DNA from: Fimbriimonadales bacterium
GTDB taxonomy: Bacteria; Armatimonadota; Fimbriimonadia; Fimbriimonadales; JABRVX01
Length of the DNA: 64,000 nt
Direction: 5' to 3'
Assembly (NCBI GenBank): GCA_045862955.1
Contig: BTVI01000009.1
Span: forward strand, 34,814-98,813
This document shows positions 58,518-64,000 of this stretch, piece by piece (the first letter of the stretch is position 1; every line of letters starts with the position of its first letter). The notes under the pieces are model-generated. The model made no database searches, was not told the origin of the DNA, and saw only the letters and a list, made by a program, of their open reading frames with translations. Made by a program: the position numbers and the translations under genes.

Positions 58518-60263
58518 ATGTCTGTCGAGCGTCGAGTCATCCGCATGGTGCTGGCCGAGTGGCGCCCGCTGGCCCTCGCGTTGCTCTGCACGGCGGGCGT
58601 TGCGGGCATCACCTTCGCCATCGCCAAGCTGATCGAGTACTTCGTAGACCTGGCCACTCACCAAGATATTGCCGGCCTGGATCGCCTCATGCTCTTCGTC
58701 GCCGCGGTCGCCCTCGCAAACTTCGTGTTCGCCCGCGGGCAGATGTACTACATGGCGCTGGCAGCCCAGAGCATGACGAAGAAGCTGCGTGCACGCATCT
58801 TCGAGCACCTCCAGCAGATGCCGATTTCTTACTTCCAGCGCAAGCATGCGGGTTCGCTACAGAGCACCATCACGAACGACGCGGTGGTGGTGGAGAACGG
58901 AATGCGGCTGGTGCGAGACTTCGTGAGCGCCCCGCTGATGCTAGTGGGTGGCTGCGTGTACCTGCTCGTCTTGAACTGGCGCCTCGCACTGGCCGCTCTC
59001 GTGGCCATGCCTTTCATGTTGCTCATCGTGGTCAATCGCGGTAGAAAGGTTCGCCGCATCACGCGGGAGCTTCAGGACCGTATCGGGGGCTTCGTCCATG
59101 TCCTGGAGGAATCCCTCCGCGGCGTCAGGGTGATCAAGGCGTTCGGGATGGAGAGCCATCAGATCGAACGCTTCGACGATGCGAACGAGAGCGCTTTCCG
59201 CACCGCCATGTATGCCCAGAAGAAGATCTCCACCATCAAACCGATGCTGGAGCTCATAGGCACCGTCGGGATCGCACTGGTACTGTGGATCGGGGGGCGA
59301 GACGTCGCGCGAGGCGTGATGACGGGCGGTGAGCTGATGGGCTTCCTCTTCGTCGCGCACCAGATGGTGACCGCGGCAGGCGGCGTCGGTAATATGAACG
59401 CCACACGCGCCCAGGTTCTCGCCGCCGCGGACCGAATCCACCGGGAAGTCCTGGATGTTCAGAGCGACGTTCGTGACAAGCCCGATGCGAAGCCGCTCCC
59501 ACCTATCGCCGGTCACATCGAGTTCGACAACGTATCGTTCCGCTATCCCGACGGCACGCAGGCGCTCTCCGGAGTCTCCTTCACCGTGAAGCCCGGAGAG
59601 ACCGTTGCCATCGTGGGCGAGAGCGGTGCCGGAAAAAGCACCCTTGCAGACCTTCTCCTGCGCTTCTACGACCCCACCGAAGGCCGCATCTTCGTGGACT
59701 CCTACGACCTGCGGGACGTCACTGCTCAATCGCTGCGTGCACAGATAGGCGTCGTGCCGCAGTCCACGCTGCTCTTCTCCGGAACCATTGCAGACAACAT
59801 CCGCATGGGCAGGCCGGACGCTACCGACCAGGAAGTCACGCAGGCTGCCGAAGCCGCTCACCTCGCGCACCTCTTCCGCGGACGGGCCAACGGTATCCCC
59901 GAAGGATTGCAGGCGAGCGCGACCGACCTTTCCGGAGGCGAGCGCCAGCGGGTTGCCATCGCGCGAGCTCTCGTTCGCAACCCTCGCATCCTGTTGCTAG
60001 ACGAGGCCACGTCGGCCCTCGACTCCGTCTCGGAACGCTCCATACAAGAAGCCATCGAGGGCAACCGCCACCAGCGCACGCTCATCGTCATCGCCCACCG
60101 CCTTAGCACCGCTGCACGAGCCGACCGCATCATCGTGTTGCGCGCTGGTCGCCTGATGGAGGAAGGCACCCACTCGGAGCTGCTCGCCCGAAACGGGGAG
60201 TACGCCCGTCTCTACGCCGCTTACATAGACGGTACCGCACGAGCCGTCCTGCCCGCAGACTGA
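58518..60263 (+). CDS. MsbA-like ABC exporter (fused permease-ATPase)
   Basis: TM domain plus 'GESGAGKST', 'LSGGERQR', 'LLDEATSALD'; follows lpxB. Confidence 0.88.
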   Translation: MSVERRVIRMVLAEWRPLALALLCTAGVAGITFAIAKLIEYFVDLATHQDIAGLDRLMLFVAAVALANFVFARGQMYYMALAAQSMTKKLRARIFEHLQQMPISYFQRKHAGSLQSTITNDAVVVENGMRLVRDFVSAPLMLVGGCVYLLVLNWRLALAALVAMPFMLLIVVNRGRKVRRITRELQDRIGGFVHVLEESLRGVRVIKAFGMESHQIERFDDANESAFRTAMYAQKKISTIKPMLELIGTVGIALVLWIGGRDVARGVMTGGELMGFLFVAHQMVTAAGGVGNMNATRAQVLAAADRIHREVLDVQSDVRDKPDAKPLPPIAGHIEFDNVSFRYPDGTQALSGVSFTVKPGETVAIVGESGAGKSTLADLLLRFYDPTEGRIFVDSYDLRDVTAQSLRAQIGVVPQSTLLFSGTIADNIRMGRPDATDQEVTQAAEAAHLAHLFRGRANGIPEGLQASATDLSGGERQRVAIARALVRNPRILLLDEATSALDSVSERSIQEAIEGNRHQRTLIVIAHRLSTAARADRIIVLRAGRLMEEGTHSELLARNGEYARLYAAYIDGTARAVLPAD

Positions 60264-61042
60264 TGCTCCGCGCAGACGCCCTATCATGCGGATATGCGAA
60301 GCGACCGGTGGTCACCGACGTCAGCCTGGAACTGAAACCCGGCGAGCTGATGTCCCTCATCGGTCCGAACGGCGTGGGCAAATCCACCCTGCTTCGCACG
60401 CTCACCGGGTACCTGCCTGCGCTCGCGGGACGCGTGGTGCTGGACGGACGTTCCATCCACGCGATGAGCGCCGCAGAGAGGGGCCGCCTGATCGCCTACG
60501 TGCCCCAGAGCGAGCCGCCAGTGTTCGACTTCACCGTCTCCGAGGTCGTCCGAATGGGCCGAACCCCTCACGGCGACGAAGACCGCGCCGACAGGATCGT
60601 TGACGCCGCTCTGCACGCCCTGGAGCTCGGCCCCATCCGAAACCGGCCCGTAACGCAGCTCAGCGGTGGCGAGCTGCAAAGGACGCTCATCGCGAGAGCT
60701 CTGGCTCAGGACACCCCTCTCATGCTGTTGGACGAGCCCACCGCACACCTGGACCTCGGCCACCAAGCGCGAGCGATGTCTCTGCTCCGAAATCTGTGCG
60801 AGCGGAGCGACCGCCCTGTGGGCGTGCTCTGCGTGCTGCAAGACCTCAACCTCGCATCCGAGTTCTCGGACCGGGTGGCCCTGCTGACTCCCGAGGGTAG
60901 CCTCTTCATCGGGACACCGCAAGACATCCTGACTGAACGACGCCTGCGCGAACTATATGGACCGGCTGTCATGCTCTTGGAGCGACCGGGCGAGCGACCG
61001 CTCGTCGCGGTTTCGCGGCACGCAGCCGGGATGGGAGGCTGA
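60263..61042 (+). CDS. ABC ATPase, iron-siderophore/cobalamin type
   Basis: 'GPNGVGKSTLL', 'LSGGELQR..IARALAQ', 'LDEPTAHLD'. Confidence 0.88.
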   Translation: MLRADALSCGYAKRPVVTDVSLELKPGELMSLIGPNGVGKSTLLRTLTGYLPALAGRVVLDGRSIHAMSAAERGRLIAYVPQSEPPVFDFTVSEVVRMGRTPHGDEDRADRIVDAALHALELGPIRNRPVTQLSGGELQRTLIARALAQDTPLMLLDEPTAHLDLGHQARAMSLLRNLCERSDRPVGVLCVLQDLNLASEFSDRVALLTPEGSLFIGTPQDILTERRLRELYGPAVMLLERPGERPLVAVSRHAAGMGG

Positions 61043-61045
61043 AAG

Positions 61046-61558
61046 ATGGGGCGCATACGCATCGTCTCGGCGGACATCACCGAGCTGCAGGTTGATGCCA
61101 TCGTCAACGCCGCTAACTCGTCGTTGCTGGGTGGAGGAGGCGTGGACGGTGCCATCCACCGAGCCGCCGGGCCCGACTTGCTGGCCGAGTGCTCCCGCCT
61201 CGGAGGTTGCGAGACCGGAGACGCCAAGATCACGAGTGGCTATCGCCTGCCGGCACGCTTCGTGATCCACGCGGTCGGTCCGGTGTGGCGCGGTGGCGGA
61301 CGAGGAGAGGAGGAACTCCTGGCATCGTGCTATCGCCGCTCGCTAGAACTGGCGGTAGAAGCCGGTGCCCGCACCGTGGCCTTTCCATCCATCAGTACTG
61401 GCGCGTACGGCTTCCCGCCCGACCGCGCCGCCCGCATTGCTTATCGCACCGTCACCGACTTCCTACAAAAGCATCCACAAATCGAAGAGGTCTTGCTGGT
61501 TTGCTTTGGTGAGAGCGCGAGAGAAGCGTACGAGCGGGCCGTGGAGGACCTCGAGTGA
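61046..61558 (+). CDS. Macro domain protein (O-acetyl-ADP-ribose deacetylase, YmdB-like)
   Basis: '[26 protein letters not shown]', '[13 protein letters not shown]'. Confidence 0.94.
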   Translation: MGRIRIVSADITELQVDAIVNAANSSLLGGGGVDGAIHRAAGPDLLAECSRLGGCETGDAKITSGYRLPARFVIHAVGPVWRGGGRGEEELLASCYRRSLELAVEAGARTVAFPSISTGAYGFPPDRAARIAYRTVTDFLQKHPQIEEVLLVCFGESAREAYERAVEDLE

Positions 61559-62403
61559 GGATCCTGATCACGGGCGCGGCCGGGATGCTGGGCTCGGAGC
61601 TGGCGGCGCTCGCCGGGCCCGATGCGCTTGCCACCGACAAGACCGAACTGGACATTCTGCAGGCAGACAGGGTGCGTGCTGTCCTCCGAGAGCATCACCC
61701 GCAGTGGATCGTCGACTGCGCCGCATTCACCCGCGTGGACGACTGCGAGGGCAATCCAGATGCGTTCCGCCTGAACGCGGAGGGACCCGAAGTGCTGGCG
61801 CGCTCCTGCCGCGAAGCCGACGCTAAGCTGCTCCACATCAGCACCGACTACGTGTTCGACGGCGAGAAGGGCTCTCCGTACACGGAGGACGACGAGCCCA
61901 ACCCACTCAACGACTACGGACGAGGCAAGCTGGAAGGCGAGCGCCGAGCGATGGAAGCTCATCCCGAGGGCGTGACCATCGTGAGAACCGCGTGGATGTT
62001 CGGGGCCAACGGTCCATGCTTCCCCAAAACCATCTTGAACGCTGCTCGGCAAGCACGCCCCCTGCGCGTCGTGGCAGACCAGACCGGCTCCCCCACATTC
62101 GCATCGGATCTGGCCCGAGCGATCCTCCTTCTTCTGCATCTGGGCCCGCCACCCGGGGTGTTCCACATCGCGAATACGGGCACGGCAACGTGGCACCAAG
62201 TGGCCTTGGCCACCCTAGAGGCCGCGGGCATCGAGGCCGAGGTGGAGGCCATCCGAACCGAAGACTGGCCCACGCGCGCCCGCCGGCCCCGCTACAGCGT
62301 GCTGGACTGCAGCAAAGCTCATCGCTTGGGCCTCCCACCTCTCCGCCCCTGGCGCGAAGCCCTCACCGAGTTCGTGCAGAGCCTATTGCACGCTAGCCCC
62401 TAG
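61555..62403 (+). CDS. rfbD: dTDP-4-dehydrorhamnose reductase
   Basis: 'ITGAAGMLG', 'ISTDYVFDG', 'YGRGKL.GE', 'DQTGSPT'. Confidence 0.94.
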   Translation: MRILITGAAGMLGSELAALAGPDALATDKTELDILQADRVRAVLREHHPQWIVDCAAFTRVDDCEGNPDAFRLNAEGPEVLARSCREADAKLLHISTDYVFDGEKGSPYTEDDEPNPLNDYGRGKLEGERRAMEAHPEGVTIVRTAWMFGANGPCFPKTILNAARQARPLRVVADQTGSPTFASDLARAILLLLHLGPPPGVFHIANTGTATWHQVALATLEAAGIEAEVEAIRTEDWPTRARRPRYSVLDCSKAHRLGLPPLRPWREALTEFVQSLLHASP

Positions 62404-62962
62404 GTCCGCCACGGCTGCCCGGCTTCGTGACCGGTACTCCCTCGCGGCACAGGGGACAGTCGCTGGGTACGAAGCTGGGAGCCTGCAGGGTGGCGAGCGC
62501 ATGCAACCGCGCCGGGAGCTCCACCGGACGCTCGGTTCGCGAAAGAAGTACCGCCACTCCCATCAGTCTCGTGTGCGCGAGCACGGGCAAGCACTCCTGC
62601 AGCGAAAGACCCGTCGTCAGCACGTCGTCCACCAACAGCACGCGCGCCCCGTCGGGAATCACCGCGCCACGACGCAACTCCCGTCCACCGCCCCCCGCCC
62701 GCTCCAGGTACCTCGCTTGAACGCCGAGGGCGCTCGCAGCCTCGAAGGCCACCAGCGCCCCACCGATCGTCGGGCCGACTACCAGTTCGATTCCCTTGTC
62801 CGCAAAGGGCTGCACCAGCTGAAGGCACAACGGCCGCAGCACCGCAGGCTGCTCCAACAGCCGGAACTTCTCGAAGTACACGTCGCTGTGCAGTCCCGAA
62901 GACAGTTCGAAGTGCCCGTGTAGCACGGCCCCTGCCTTCGTCAGCTCTTCCAATACGTCCAT
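62393..62962 (-). CDS. pyrE: Orotate phosphoribosyltransferase
   Basis: 'GHFELSSGLHS..YFEK', 'VDDVLTTG.S', 'CPLC..G.P..KPGSR'. Confidence 0.93.
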   Translation of the reverse strand: MDVLEELTKAGAVLHGHFELSSGLHSDVYFEKFRLLEQPAVLRPLCLQLVQPFADKGIELVVGPTIGGALVAFEAASALGVQARYLERAGGGGRELRRGAVIPDGARVLLVDDVLTTGLSLQECLPVLAHTRLMGVAVLLSRTERPVELPARLHALATLQAPSFVPSDCPLCREGVPVTKPGSRGGPRG

Positions 62963-63098
62963 CCTCCGCTCCCATGCCAGAGTACCTCGGGCCGACACCT
63001 CGGTGACTTCGCTGCCCCGACGATGCCCGCATGTCCTGTGTGTCGCAGGGGTCGGATTGTGGCTCGTGACGGCGCGGGATGGAAGGCTTTCCAGGGAC

Positions 63099-63175
63099 CT
63101 GAAACGGCTCCGTTGCCCCCGGCGATTTCCAAATCGTGCGAGTGTCGATCGCCGGGGGCAACGGAGCCGTTTCAG
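63099..63175 (-). repeat. 28-bp perfect inverted repeat overlapping the terminal repeat of array 2
   Basis: CTGAAACGGCTCCGTTGCCCCCGGCGAT (63099-63126) and its reverse complement (63148-63175). Confidence 0.92.
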
Positions 63176-63439
63176 TCCCCTTGTTAGCGGGGTGGTCACT
63201 GCGACCCGGGGTGGCAACCCGGGCAAGAAGCGCGGCAACAAGAAGGTGGGTTTCAGTCCCCTTGTTAGCGGGGTGGTCACTGCGACGGCCTGCAAACCTT
63301 CGTCAACAATTGGCGGGCCGAGTAGGTTTCAGTCCCCTTGTTAGCGGGGTGGTCACTGCGACGAACACGCAACCCAACTTTGTAAGAATATTTGCAAGTT
63401 TCGTTTCAGTCCCCTTGTTAGCGGGGTGGTCACTGCGAC
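63169..63439 (-). CRISPR. CRISPR array 2: 4 repeats, 3 spacers (44, 39, 40 bp)
   Basis: Repeat GTCGCAGTGACCACCCCGCTAACAAGGGGACTGAAAC on the minus strand at 63169, 63250, 63326 and 63403; 34/37 identical to the array 1 repeat. Confidence 0.96.
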
Positions 63440-63782
63440 AGCCGCCCTCGACCCTCGTCAGGTTCAATCTTAGCACGTCATTCGGCGATTTGTCAACCTT
63501 TGAACTTGTGCGGGACTCTCCCAAAGCCCCAAAAAGGGGGTAGAGTCCCGCAATGTAGCGCATCATACCAACCTTACTCTGGCAAAAAACCGTTCGATGC
63601 TTACGTTTCGTGCCGCCTCGACACGACAGCTCGCAACCGGAACAGGACACAAAAGGACACCGCCCGCAAACAGGGTCCCAAAATGGCAGTGGCTTTGTAA
63701 GTACGATCGGGCTTTTTCGCCGATTCTGCGGGACTCTCATTGCGGTTTGAACCTAAATCCGATCGGCCTCGAGAGTCCCGCA
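63440..63782 (-). promoter_or_regulatory. CRISPR leader 2 with sigma70 promoter and inverted-repeat pairs
   Basis: Minus-strand TTGACA-N18-TAAGAT; motif pairs at 63509/63542 and 63727/63772; colinear with leader 1. Confidence 0.82.
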
Positions 63783-64000
63783 GTCGCGACAGCCCCTCAT
63801 TCGAGCCAGATCCAGAGCCGAGCTAGATTCCCCCTCACCATTACTGCCGATCGTGATGCCACGTTGCATCGTTGGGACCCTGCCACACCCCACCGGCGGG
63901 CACAGGGGGCGATGCTCGCAGGACAGGGAGCCGCCCAAAGGTGCAGAATCGAGTTTCGGCCGACACGAGCGTCGCCCAAACAGGTCCAAGCAACACGGGA

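Noticed and set aside
45458..60263. tamB-ECF sigma-bamA-ompH-lpxDC-fabZ-lpxAB-msbA cluster as a novel system
   Set aside because: Matches the known outer-membrane biogenesis cluster of diderm bacteria.
61046..61558. Macro domain protein as a defence effector near array 2
   Set aside because: Typical YmdB-like housekeeping sequence embedded in the lpx-rfbD operon.

Overview
GC-rich diderm bacterial chromosome segment; the PEP-CTERM gene and the tamB-bamA-ompH-lpx cluster suggest Armatimonadota or a similar group (inference). About 7-33 kb is a CRISPR defence region ending at a tRNA-Arg gene. It holds a complete type III-B cmr1-6 set, one cas6, and a reduced type III-A-like module (484-aa HD-less Cas10, csm2, csm3, csm4, no csm5). 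These are followed by cas1, cas2, a leader and a 40-repeat array. Next comes a 3.9-kb foreign-looking block with an IS1380 remnant, then an orphan repeat folded into a hairpin, then three CARF proteins. One of these is a HEPN-less Csm6-like CARF translationally coupled to an UPF1/DNA2-like SF1 helicase, which is the best candidate for an undescribed effector. A second 4-repeat array with a homologous leader and the same kind of trailer hairpin lies at 63 kb. The rest is housekeeping: sugar-nucleotide genes, hisF/hisA-IE/hisD, recO, lipA, outer-membrane and lipid A biogenesis, rmlD and pyrE. All calls come from reading motifs by eye; no searches were run.
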